Shown here piece after piece: positions 48,579 through 58,230 of a stretch of DNA of 64,000 nucleotides. Numbering within the stretch: position 1 is the stretch's first letter; each line of letters starts with the position of its first letter. The position numbers were made by a program, and so were the translations under genes. Source of the DNA: an uncultured Gammaproteobacteria bacterium (GTDB taxonomy: Bacteria; Pseudomonadota; Gammaproteobacteria; Magnimaribacterales; D2472); assembly GCA_964523375.1 (NCBI GenBank), contig CAZFYG010000005.1:9372-73371 (forward strand), in the 5' to 3' direction. The notes beneath the pieces were generated by a model that saw only the letters and a program-made list of their open reading frames with translations, was not told the origin of the DNA and did not search any database.

Positions 48579-49232
48579 CTAAGGCTGGTTGTGGACAAAA
48601 CGCCTAACTCTTTTTGGATAACAGCCTCTGCATATTTTACAATCAAGACCAAAACATCCTCTAGCAGAACAAAACTGTCTTCCCCAAAATATTATCTGGA
48701 GATGTAACTTATTCCATCTATTCTTTGGAAAAACTTTTTTTAGATCTCTTTCAGTCTGAACAACATTTTTTCCATTTGATAGGCCCCATCTTTGAGCTAG
48801 TCTATGAATATGTGTGTCAACAGGAAAAGCAGGAACACCAAAACCTTGACTGATTACAACCGAAGCTGTTTTATGGCCAACGCCTGGAAGTTGTTCTAAC
48901 TTTTCAATTTCAGAAGGGACAATTGAATCATACTCTTCGACTAGAATCTCTGAAAGCTTTTTTATAGCTTTTGATTTTTTGGGACCTAATCCACATGGCT
49001 TGATTATTTTATAGATCTCTTTTTCAGACAAAATAGACATTTCCTTAGCATTCTTAGCTTTTGCAAAAAGGATGGGTGTTACTTTGTTTACCCTTTCATC
49101 TGTACACTGTGCTGATAGCAAAACTGCAACAAGAAGTGTGAAATGATCACAGTGCTCCAAAGGAACAGGTGTTTCAGGATAATGATCCTCTAGAGTTTTT
49201 AATATAAATATAGCCCTTTCAGATTTTTTCAT
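48579..49232 (-). CDS. nth: Endonuclease III (HhH-GPD DNA glycosylase/AP lyase)
   Basis: HhH motif LPGVGHKTA, VDTHIHR, and a C-terminal Cys cluster (the spacing looks atypical for the canonical Cx6Cx2Cx5C). Confidence 0.88.
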   Translation of the reverse strand: MKKSERAIFILKTLEDHYPETPVPLEHCDHFTLLVAVLLSAQCTDERVNKVTPILFAKAKNAKEMSILSEKEIYKIIKPCGLGPKKSKAIKKLSEILVEEYDSIVPSEIEKLEQLPGVGHKTASVVISQGFGVPAFPVDTHIHRLAQRWGLSNGKNVVQTERDLKKVFPKNRWNKLHLQIIFWGRQFCSARGCFGLDCKICRGCYPKRVRRFVHNQP

Positions 49233-49255
49233 ACTAAGAAATGTAGCATAATATT

Positions 49256-49576
49256 ATGTTAAATATGAATACAAAAAAAATACAAAAATATCTGCTCAAG
49301 ATTAAGGAAAGCTTTTTAGAAGAGTCTGATGAAAATAAAAAAATGTTAGATATCTATGTCAAATACATTGAAGGGTCTGTAACAGAAAATGAGTTAGACT
49401 TTGCAAACGAACAACTCACTCAAGTTTTAAAAAGTATAGGTCTCGGAGTATTAGTTATTCTACCTTTTAGCCCAGTTACTATTCCCTATATCTTAAAGAA
49501 AGCTGATGAATATGAGATTGATTTAATACCAAAGTGGTATAAGACTTTAAGAAGTGAAGAGGATAGATTAGAATAA
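49256..49576 (+). CDS. Small hypothetical membrane protein (weak LETM1-like motif)
   Basis: 106 aa with one hydrophobic segment (IGLGVLVILPFSPVTIPYIL). Only 23 nt separate it from the divergent nth start. Confidence 0.45.
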   Translation: MLNMNTKKIQKYLLKIKESFLEESDENKKMLDIYVKYIEGSVTENELDFANEQLTQVLKSIGLGVLVILPFSPVTIPYILKKADEYEIDLIPKWYKTLRSEEDRLE

Positions 49577-49606
49577 TCCTGTAAATTTTTTACTAATGGA
49601 GAAAAA

Positions 49607-50794
49607 ATGAAAAATGTAGTTATTGTAGATAGTGTAAGGACTGGGTTGGCAAAATCTCATCGTGGTGGGTTTAATATGACGCGACCAGATGACATGCTGG
49701 CGCATATCATAAATGCTTTGCTTGAAAGAAACCCTAACTTGCCGCCTGAGGCAGTAGAAGACATTATTATGGGTTGCGGAAATCCAGAGGGTGCACAAGG
49801 ACATAACATTGGTAGGAATGCAGCGGTGCTTTCAAATCTTCCTATGTCTACTGGTGGAACTACAATTAATAGATATTGCTCATCTGGAATTCAGTCAATT
49901 TCTATGGCTGCTGGCCAAATTATGGCCGGTTGTTATGACACTGTAATAGCTGGTGGTGCAGAAACTATCTCAATGATGAAAATGAATACTGATAATTTTG
50001 TTAATGAGAAGCTTGCAGAGCAATCTCCAGGGATATATTACCCAATGGGGATGACTGCAGAGGTTGTTGCAAAAAGATATGGGATTTCAAGAGAGGCACA
50101 AGACGAGTTAGCTTTTCAAAGTCAAATGAGAACTGCGGCTGCTCAAGAAGCAGGTATATACGACGATGAAATTATACCTATGGATACCAAAATGTTACTT
50201 ATGAATAAGGAAACAGGAGAATCTAAAGAGGTTGATGTTACAGTTGATAAAGATGAATGTAATAGACCAACTACAACATTAGAAGGTTTGGCCGGTCTGA
50301 AACCTGTTTTTGACCCTGAAAATGGAAGTGTCACAGCTGGAAATTCATCTCAGCTATCAGATGGAGCATCTGTTAATTTAATTATGTCCGAAGATAAAGC
50401 TCTTGAGCTTGGTTTAAAACCAATAGCATATTTTAGAGGCTTTACAACAATGGGATGTGAGCCTGATGAAATGGGAATTGGCCCAGTCTACTCAGTACCT
50501 AAGTTGCTCAAAAACTATGGCATGTCTATGGGTGATATTGATCTATGGGAGCTCAATGAGGCATTCGCTGTTCAAGTGGCATACTGTAGAGATAAACTGG
50601 GAATTCCAATGGATAAACTTAATGTTAATGGTGGATCAATCTCAATAGGCCATCCATTTGGAATGACTGGATCAAGATGTGTAGGTCACCTTACAAGAGA
50701 GCTTGTAAGAAGAGACGCACAATTTGGAGTAGTCACAATGTGTGTTGGTGGAGGAATGGGAGCTTCAGGGTTATTCGAAAGATATCCTAGCTGA
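49607..50794 (+). CDS. Acetyl-CoA C-acyltransferase (thiolase)
   Basis: Active-site Cys is in NRYCSSGIQS. Also present are NVNGGSISIGHPFGMTG and CVGGGMG. Confidence 0.9.
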   Translation: MKNVVIVDSVRTGLAKSHRGGFNMTRPDDMLAHIINALLERNPNLPPEAVEDIIMGCGNPEGAQGHNIGRNAAVLSNLPMSTGGTTINRYCSSGIQSISMAAGQIMAGCYDTVIAGGAETISMMKMNTDNFVNEKLAEQSPGIYYPMGMTAEVVAKRYGISREAQDELAFQSQMRTAAAQEAGIYDDEIIPMDTKMLLMNKETGESKEVDVTVDKDECNRPTTTLEGLAGLKPVFDPENGSVTAGNSSQLSDGASVNLIMSEDKALELGLKPIAYFRGFTTMGCEPDEMGIGPVYSVPKLLKNYGMSMGDIDLWELNEAFAVQVAYCRDKLGIPMDKLNVNGGSISIGHPFGMTGSRCVGHLTRELVRRDAQFGVVTMCVGGGMGASGLFERYPS

Positions 50795-50797
50795 TCA

Positions 50798-51676
50798 TTG
50801 GCATCTGAATTTGAGCTGATAGATCTATTCCAAGATATCGGCTCTGAGTTTTATTCTCAAAACGGCATAATTATCCCTCCAGGGGATGATTGTGCTGTTT
50901 TTCAATCAAAAAAACCTATTATAACTTCTGTTGATTCTTCTGTTGTGGGAGTGCATTTTCCCGAAAATATAATGCCATCTCAGATAGCCTATAGGTCTAT
51001 TGCAGTTGCCTTAAGTGATATTGCTGCAATGGGGTGTCGGCCAATTGCTTTTAGCATATCCATATCAAGCCTAATAAATGATATTGACTGGTATAGAAAT
51101 TTTTCCAACGGAGTTAAAGAAATTTCAAAAATTTACCAAATACCTCTTATAGGGGGTGATTTCACAAAAGGGCAGCTTAATATCAATATAATTGTGTATG
51201 GAGAACCTTTTTTGGATAAAATTTTAAAAAGAAGTGGTGCGAATGATGGAGATTTTATTTGTATTTCAAAGCAGGTTGGAAGGGCAAAAAAAGGTTTGAA
51301 AGATCTTCAATTAGGTAAAACAAATTCAAGTTTTATAGATGATTACCTGAGACCAGAATCTAAGATAGATCTCGGCAAAGAAATTTCTGAAATAGCTACA
51401 TCCTGCATTGATACTTCAGATGGCTTGCTTGCAGATTTAAAGCATATATTAAATAGCTCAAATGTTGGGGCTGAGATATATTTAGATGAAATACCATTTA
51501 CACAGAATATTGATGATATAAATGCTGGCGATGATTATGATCTTTGTTTCACCATTCCAGAAAACTACTTAAAAGATAGTTTTTACATAATTGGCAAGGT
51601 TACAAAAAATAAATCTATAAAACTTATTTCTGAAAAAGGTTATGATGTTGAAATTAATGGATATAAGCATTTCTAA
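50798..51676 (+). CDS. thiL: Thiamine-monophosphate kinase
   Basis: AIR-synthase-like fold. Motifs are PPGDDCAV, LSDIAAMG, GGD and DTSDGL. TTG start. Confidence 0.85.
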   Translation: MASEFELIDLFQDIGSEFYSQNGIIIPPGDDCAVFQSKKPIITSVDSSVVGVHFPENIMPSQIAYRSIAVALSDIAAMGCRPIAFSISISSLINDIDWYRNFSNGVKEISKIYQIPLIGGDFTKGQLNINIIVYGEPFLDKILKRSGANDGDFICISKQVGRAKKGLKDLQLGKTNSSFIDDYLRPESKIDLGKEISEIATSCIDTSDGLLADLKHILNSSNVGAEIYLDEIPFTQNIDDINAGDDYDLCFTIPENYLKDSFYIIGKVTKNKSIKLISEKGYDVEINGYKHF

Positions 51677-52164
51677 TGAGCAACTTTCCAAACCTTAAAA
51701 AACCAACACATATTATTGCAACACTAGGCGGAATTGGTAATGCTAAATATGCACCAGGAACATGGGGTTCTTTGGCTGCCTTATTATTATTTATCTTCAT
51801 TTCTCATCAAAGCATCAATATTGAAATATTAATTATAGGTATTACATTTTATGCAATTTATATCTCTGGAATAGTTTCAGAAGATCTTGTTGAAAAAGAT
51901 CATAAAGCCATTGTTATTGATGAGCTTGCAGGCATGTGGATCGCAGCGTACCCAGCAATCTACTATAGCTCTCAAAATGAAAGGGTTGCATTTGTTGTTT
52001 TAGCTTTTATTTTATTCAGAATATTTGATATTACTAAACCATATCCAATTTCATATATTGATAAGAATATCAAAGGCGGACTTGGTATTGTGCTTGATGA
52101 TGTTGTTGCTGGGTTTATAGCTGCTGCTATGAGTATAGGTTTAATGAATCTAATATTTGGCTAG
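51676..52164 (+). CDS. pgpA: Phosphatidylglycerophosphatase A
   Basis: PGTWGS, IDE and KP motifs. TAATG overlap with thiL, the canonical thiL-pgpA pairing. Confidence 0.88.
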   Translation: MSNFPNLKKPTHIIATLGGIGNAKYAPGTWGSLAALLLFIFISHQSINIEILIIGITFYAIYISGIVSEDLVEKDHKAIVIDELAGMWIAAYPAIYYSSQNERVAFVVLAFILFRIFDITKPYPISYIDKNIKGGLGIVLDDVVAGFIAAAMSIGLMNLIFG

Positions 52165-53986
52165 CATTAATTCCAGCATCTTCAATCATCTCCTCTCTTG
52201 AAGCATGTTCTATAAAAGTATCTGGTATTCCAAATAATTTTGATTTTATTTCTATATTTTTATGAGAACAAAATTCCTGAACTGCACTTCCTGCACCGCC
52301 CATGATCGATCCATCTTCTAAGGAAATAAACATATCAGCATTCGCTAGATGCTTTAGAAGCATCCCTTCATCAAGAGGCTTTACAAATCTCATATCTATT
52401 AGAGTAAGGCCTAATTTTTCAGCAACTATTATTGCCTCAGATAGTAGAGCTCCAAAATTAAGAAAAATAATATCACTCCTTCCTTCTTTAATGAGCTTTG
52501 CCTTCCCAATTTCTATTGTTGTGAGTAAATTATCTCTTTTTGCATTTGGTCCTGACCCTCTGGGGTATCTTATAACCGCAGGCCCATTAAAGTTATAACC
52601 TGTAGAAAGCATCTTTTGTGTTTCCGCTTCATCAGATGGAGCCATAATAATAATATTAGGAATACATCTTAAGAATGCTATATCAAAATTCCCAGAATGC
52701 GTGGGACCATCCTCACCAACTAAACCAGATCTATCTAATGCGAAAGTAACATCAAGGTTTTGAACTGCTACATCATGAATAACTTGATCATAAGCTCTTT
52801 GTATAAAAGTTGAATATATTGCCACTACTGGTTTTTTATTTTTCCTTGCTAACCCTGCTGCAAAAGTTACAGAATGCTGTTCTGCAATTGCAACATCAAA
52901 ATATCTTTCAGGAAATTTTTTGCTGAACTCGACTAGTCCTGAGCCCTCTCTCATTGCCGGAGTTATCGCAACAAGCTTTTCATCATTCTCAGCTTGATTG
53001 ACAACCCACTCTCCAAAAACATCTTGATATTTTATACTGTCAGATGAACTACTTTTAATGCTATTAATTTTTCCTATAGCATGAAACTCAATTCTATCAG
53101 CCTCTGCAGCATCAAGGCCCGCACCTTTTTTTGTAATTATGTGTAAAAACTGTGGACCTTCAAAGTCTTTTAAATTACCAATTACTTCTAACATTTCATT
53201 AATATTATGCCCATCAATTGGCCCAATATAATTAAAACCAAGTTCTTCAAATATTGAACCTGGAGCAACCATAGCTTTCATTTGTGTCTCAACCTTTCTA
53301 GCCAAATGGTAAGCTTGCGGGAGCGGCTTCAAGAAGCTTGCACCTCCTTTTTTTATGCCTTTGTATACTTTTGATGCCCATATTCTTGAAAAGTAATTAG
53401 ATAATCCGCCAATATTTTCAGATATAGACATATCATTATCATTAAGTATTACTAGCATGTTTGGTTTAAGGTGACCTGCGTGACTAAGGGCTTCAAAAGC
53501 CATTCCAGCGGTCATTGCTCCATCGCCAATTACAGCAACAGTTCTTTCATTATTTTTAGCTGCCATTGCCATACCAAGAGCAGCACTAATGGAGGTACTA
53601 GAATGTCCTACTCCAAAAGAGTCATATTCGCTTTCTGTAATGTTGGGAAATGGAGCCAAGCCACCCTTGTGTCTAATAGTTTGGATTTCCTTTTTTCTGC
53701 CAGTCAATATTTTATGAGGGTAGGCTTGGTGCCCAACATCCCAGATCAAATTATCAGATGGGGTGTTAAAAATATAATGAAGCACCACTGTTAACTCCAC
53801 AACACCAAGTCCACCCCCAAGATGTCCACCACTTTGACCAACTGAATATAAAAGGTACTCCCTCAACTCATCAGCCAATAACTCTAATTCTTGAGATGAA
53901 AATGATCTAAAATCGCTTGGAGTATTAATATTGCATAAAAGTTTAGATTCTGGCTTTTCATTAGGTATCTTATTAAAAATCTTCAC
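52127..53986 (-). CDS. dxs: 1-deoxy-D-xylulose-5-phosphate synthase
   Basis: Motifs are GGHLGGGLGVVEL, DVGHQAYPHKILTGR and GDGAMTAGMAFEA. GTG start. Confidence 0.96.
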   Translation of the reverse strand: MKIFNKIPNEKPESKLLCNINTPSDFRSFSSQELELLADELREYLLYSVGQSGGHLGGGLGVVELTVVLHYIFNTPSDNLIWDVGHQAYPHKILTGRKKEIQTIRHKGGLAPFPNITESEYDSFGVGHSSTSISAALGMAMAAKNNERTVAVIGDGAMTAGMAFEALSHAGHLKPNMLVILNDNDMSISENIGGLSNYFSRIWASKVYKGIKKGGASFLKPLPQAYHLARKVETQMKAMVAPGSIFEELGFNYIGPIDGHNINEMLEVIGNLKDFEGPQFLHIITKKGAGLDAAEADRIEFHAIGKINSIKSSSSDSIKYQDVFGEWVVNQAENDEKLVAITPAMREGSGLVEFSKKFPERYFDVAIAEQHSVTFAAGLARKNKKPVVAIYSTFIQRAYDQVIHDVAVQNLDVTFALDRSGLVGEDGPTHSGNFDIAFLRCIPNIIIMAPSDEAETQKMLSTGYNFNGPAVIRYPRGSGPNAKRDNLLTTIEIGKAKLIKEGRSDIIFLNFGALLSEAIIVAEKLGLTLIDMRFVKPLDEGMLLKHLANADMFISLEDGSIMGGAGSAVQEFCSHKNIEIKSKLFGIPDTFIEHASREEMIEDAGINASQILDSLNLYS

Positions 53987-53988
53987 TT

Positions 53989-54873
53989 TTAACTTTCTCT
54001 ATTAATTATAAAATTGGCAAGGTTTTCTAGTTTATCAGTGTGCTCGTTATTGTCATAAGAAACACTTTTCAATAATAATAAAGCATCTTCTGTAAGTGCC
54101 TCATATCTTTCAATTGCATTTTCCAAGCCCACAATCTTCACATATGTAGATTTATCATTTCTTAAATCTGATAGTTTATTTTTGCCTAGTTTTTCACTGC
54201 TACCTATTATGTCTAACACATCGTCCTTGATCTGAAATGCTAAACCTATTTTCTGACTGAATAATTCCAATTTTTTTTGATCATCAAGATTAATATTTGA
54301 ACCAATTTGCCCCATTAAGATTGAGCACTCAATTAGCCTTCCAGTTTTTAAATGGTGTATTTGCTCAAGATCTAGCTGAGTGATATGTTTTTTATTTTCA
54401 TTTTCAATGTCTAGATGCTGCCCATAAACCATTCCATTTTTGCCACATGCACTAGACAGCAACTTAATGGCTTTAATTTTTTGCCCATCATTCAATTTTT
54501 CATCTTCAGCAATAACCTGAAAGGCAAGGGCTTGAAGCGCGTCACCAGCTAAGACAGCATTAGCTTCCCCAAATACAACATGATTAGATGGGCTATTCCT
54601 TCTAATATCATCATCATCCATACAGGGAAGATCATCATGTATCAACGAGTAACTATGCATCATTTCAATTGCACATGCCATATTTACAAGGCTTGATTTA
54701 TCGATATTGGCATTTGCTTCTCCTGATGCAATAACCAATCCTGCCCTAACCATTTTACTGGGAAGCATAGAGGTGTACGCCATAGATTTTTCTATTAGGT
54801 TGGATTCACCAATAATATCTTTTATTCTTGATTTAACTTCAGTCTGAACGGATGAAAGGAAGACTTGCAACAT
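53989..54873 (-). CDS. ispA: Farnesyl diphosphate synthase
   Basis: First Asp-rich motif is HDDLPCMDDDDIRRN and the second is KDDVLD. Confidence 0.92.
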   Translation of the reverse strand: MLQVFLSSVQTEVKSRIKDIIGESNLIEKSMAYTSMLPSKMVRAGLVIASGEANANIDKSSLVNMACAIEMMHSYSLIHDDLPCMDDDDIRRNSPSNHVVFGEANAVLAGDALQALAFQVIAEDEKLNDGQKIKAIKLLSSACGKNGMVYGQHLDIENENKKHITQLDLEQIHHLKTGRLIECSILMGQIGSNINLDDQKKLELFSQKIGLAFQIKDDVLDIIGSSEKLGKNKLSDLRNDKSTYVKIVGLENAIERYEALTEDALLLLKSVSYDNNEHTDKLENLANFIINRES

Positions 54874-54881
54874 TTGTTTTT

Positions 54882-55100
54882 CTAAACTTCTTCTGTAGCT
54901 GTCCCATCGTCAAGTAGTTTGCTTACTTTTAACTCGGCATCTTTAAGTTGTTTTTGACACTTTTTTACAAGTTCTATTCCCTGCTCAAATGATTTGACTG
55001 AATCTTCTAGATTGATGCTGTCATCCTCTAACTTTAATACTATTTTTTCAAGCTGAGATAGGGCTAATTCAAAATTTATGTTTTCATTATCTTTAGTCAT
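54882..55100 (-). CDS. xseB: Exodeoxyribonuclease VII small subunit
   Basis: 72 aa helical protein with FELALSQLEKIV. It sits in the canonical xseB-ispA-dxs order. Confidence 0.88.
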   Translation of the reverse strand: MTKDNENINFELALSQLEKIVLKLEDDSINLEDSVKSFEQGIELVKKCQKQLKDAELKVSKLLDDGTATEEV

Positions 55101-55116
55101 AGCTTATTGTAATTGA

Positions 55117-58100
55117 TTAATCTGATGCTTTTATATATTTCTTTAGATCATTTCTTATGCCATATGGCAAAGCGAGAACAGCAGGAGTAAGTATTAAAGT
55201 TATAAAAGTACTAAACCCTAATCCAAAAACAATAGACACAGCTAGGTTTGACCACCAATCAACTATCCTGCTTCCTATTAAAATTTCTCTTCCTATCAAA
55301 TCAACACTAACACCCATTGCTAAAGGCAATAAACCAAATATTGTTGTTAAAGAAGTTAAAAGAATTGGTCTAAGTCTTTGTTTGCATGCGCTAACAATAA
55401 GGTTTGATTTTTTGAGATTTGGAGACTCCTCTTTCATCTTATTAAAAGTATCAATTAGGACAATATTATTGTTCACAACAATGCCCGCTAATGTAACTAT
55501 AGATAAACCAGTCATTGTTGTACTAAATGGACTATTTGTAATCAATAAACCCAGCATAACACCAACAATAGATATCGTTACTGAGGTCAATATAATTAAG
55601 GATTGATAAAAGCTATTGAATTGAGTTAAAAGCATTATAAGCATTATAAATACTGCAGCTATTCCTGCTCCTGCCATAAAGTTATTAACTTCATCAGTTT
55701 CTTCCTGCATTCCCTCAAAAACAATTTCAACACCAGAATCAAGAGGACTTGTGTTAACCCATTGTTGTATTTCAATAATTTTTTCAGCTACTTTAGACTC
55801 ATCCTCTGTTCCAGCTCTTATTCTGTGGTGATATCGCCCATTTTTTCTTCTAACTGTTTGTCTATTTTCTTTTGGTACTACAGTAATAAATGAGCTCACA
55901 GGAACCAAGCCCTGTTTGGTTGTAACATTAAGATCTTTTATGCCTGTTAGGGTTCTATCAGCCTCAGGAAATCTTGCCCTTATCTCAACTTCATCTTTAG
56001 AGTCATCAGGCCTATACTCACCAACTTTAAAGCCATTGGTAAGCATTTGCACTAAAGCACCAACATCACTGATGTTTACACCCAGTTGAGCTGCTTTTTG
56101 TTTATCAACTTCAACACTCCACTCAACAGATGGATAGGCTTTTGATGATGAGATGTTGATTAAGCCCGGAACATTTTCAGTAAGATATTTTTCTATAACA
56201 TTGGCAGCATTATTAACTTCAGATTCAGTTTTTGCATAAACAGCAATCTCAATAGGTGAGTCAAAAGATGGTCCACCCAAAACGGGCTCTGCCTCTACTA
56301 TTATGCCAGCTATATCTTTTGTTGAATTCGTAACTAGTTTCATAACCTCAAGTCCAGAGATAGATCTTTCATAAGGTGGTGCAACCTCAATAAAGCCACT
56401 TCCAATTTTATCAGCACCTCTATCCCACCAATTAGAACCAGCTCTAAGATATACACTGCTCAACTCATCAATTTGTAAAAACCTTTCCTCAACACTTTCA
56501 ATTATTTCTTTTGATTCCAATGCAGAAAAATTACCTCTTGCTCTAATAGTTATCTCTGCCTGAACAGGGTCAACAATAGCAAAGTAAACAGTTCCTTTGC
56601 CAAAATTTGTATATGTAAAAATTATTACAGCAAGAACTGTAAAAACCCATAGTATTGTTTCGATAGGATTTTTTACGAATTTATAGGCATAGTTTCCATA
56701 TTTTTCAGCTAAATTAGCAAAGAAAGATGTGTTATTTTGGCTAGAAATATGGAGTGCAGATTGTTTTTGTCCAAATAGAGATCCCAGAACTGGAATTACA
56801 ATTAGTGAATAAAAAAGAGATGCGATTAGTACCAAAAACACTGTAATTGGTAAAAGTTTCATAAACTCTCCAGTAAAACCTGGCCATAGCATTACTGGAA
56901 TAAATGCTGCCATGGTCGTTCCTGTTGAGGCAAGAATAGGGTAAAACATTCTTTTTGATGCAGACCTATATCCTTCGTAGCGCGACATGCCCTCCGATAT
57001 CTTTTTGTCTGCATATTCAGTGATTACAATTGCCCCATCAATGAGCATTCCCATTCCTAGGAGTAGACCCATCATTACAAGGAAACTTACTTCACCACCT
57101 GCAGCATATAACGCAAGGTATGTAAGAAGGAAGCAAAAAGGAATTGAAAGCCCAACTAACATAGATACTCTGGGTCCTAAACTTGCAATTATGAGAATCA
57201 TTATCAAAACAACAGCAGTGATAATATTGCCATTTAGCTCTTTCACCATTTCTCTTGAATAAACTGAATCATCATCAGTGATTACCAGGCGAAGGTTTGT
57301 TGGAAGAGTCTTTCTAAAATCAGATAGTAAATTATTGATTTTTTGAGAGGCATCAATAGCATTAGCACCTTCTCTAAGAACTATTTCCAGCGTGACCGCA
57401 TCCTCACCGTTAACTCTTGCATAAGATGAAAAGTCTTTAAACGTTCTTCTTATATCCGCAACATCCCCTAAGGTAACAATAGCGTCTTTAGTTACTTTTA
57501 TTGGTATTGAATATACGTCTTGGGCTGACTCAATAATGCTTGGAACTTCAATATTGAAACTCCCTCTTCCAGTATCTTGCGTGCCTCCAGGGATTATTAA
57601 ATTATTATTAGCTACAGAGTAATAAATGTCAGAAAGCGTTACACCGTATGACTCTAATTTTGATTTATTAAAAATTCCTTCCAAAACCTCGTCTGGAGCT
57701 CCTGCCATTTCTGCTTGGAGTATTTCTTCTAATGCCTCTATCTTGTCTTTCAAATCGCGAGCATAGAATACTTTTTGACGGATTGATCCTGATCCAACGA
57801 CGCTAATATTCATCACTGGAAAGCTAGACTCATTATATTCATTAACAACTGGATCTTCTGCCTCTCTTGGTAATTCAAACTTAGTCTCTTCAACCGCTTG
57901 CTTCACATCTACAAGAGCCTTCTCCATGTCATAGCCAACCTCAAATTCTGTAAAAATTCTGGAGTAGCTCAAAGAACTTGTTGATGAAACATTTTTAAGC
58001 CCCGGAACAGTTCTTAGCCTATTCTCAAGAGGTTTTGCTATTAATCTTGATGTGTCATTGGGTGATGCTCCATCTAGATAGACTGATATAGATAGAAAAG

Positions 58101-58230
58101 GTAACTGAACATTTGGTGATGCGGATATGGGAATAGCCTGCCTCGCAAAGGAGCCAGCAATTACTATTAAAAAAGCAATTGTTAATGTGGTTTTTGACTT
58201 TTGAAGAGCAAAATCTACTATTGATGTCAT
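55117..58230 (-). CDS. RND efflux transporter permease (AcrB/HAE family)
   Basis: 1037 aa with the 12-TM RND topology and two large periplasmic loops. Confidence 0.9.
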   Translation of the reverse strand: MTSIVDFALQKSKTTLTIAFLIVIAGSFARQAIPISASPNVQLPFLSISVYLDGASPNDTSRLIAKPLENRLRTVPGLKNVSSTSSLSYSRIFTEFEVGYDMEKALVDVKQAVEETKFELPREAEDPVVNEYNESSFPVMNISVVGSGSIRQKVFYARDLKDKIEALEEILQAEMAGAPDEVLEGIFNKSKLESYGVTLSDIYYSVANNNLIIPGGTQDTGRGSFNIEVPSIIESAQDVYSIPIKVTKDAIVTLGDVADIRRTFKDFSSYARVNGEDAVTLEIVLREGANAIDASQKINNLLSDFRKTLPTNLRLVITDDDSVYSREMVKELNGNIITAVVLIMILIIASLGPRVSMLVGLSIPFCFLLTYLALYAAGGEVSFLVMMGLLLGMGMLIDGAIVITEYADKKISEGMSRYEGYRSASKRMFYPILASTGTTMAAFIPVMLWPGFTGEFMKLLPITVFLVLIASLFYSLIVIPVLGSLFGQKQSALHISSQNNTSFFANLAEKYGNYAYKFVKNPIETILWVFTVLAVIIFTYTNFGKGTVYFAIVDPVQAEITIRARGNFSALESKEIIESVEERFLQIDELSSVYLRAGSNWWDRGADKIGSGFIEVAPPYERSISGLEVMKLVTNSTKDIAGIIVEAEPVLGGPSFDSPIEIAVYAKTESEVNNAANVIEKYLTENVPGLINISSSKAYPSVEWSVEVDKQKAAQLGVNISDVGALVQMLTNGFKVGEYRPDDSKDEVEIRARFPEADRTLTGIKDLNVTTKQGLVPVSSFITVVPKENRQTVRRKNGRYHHRIRAGTEDESKVAEKIIEIQQWVNTSPLDSGVEIVFEGMQEETDEVNNFMAGAGIAAVFIMLIMLLTQFNSFYQSLIILTSVTISIVGVMLGLLITNSPFSTTMTGLSIVTLAGIVVNNNIVLIDTFNKMKEESPNLKKSNLIVSACKQRLRPILLTSLTTIFGLLPLAMGVSVDLIGREILIGSRIVDWWSNLAVSIVFGLGFSTFITLILTPAVLALPYGIRNDLKKYIKASD

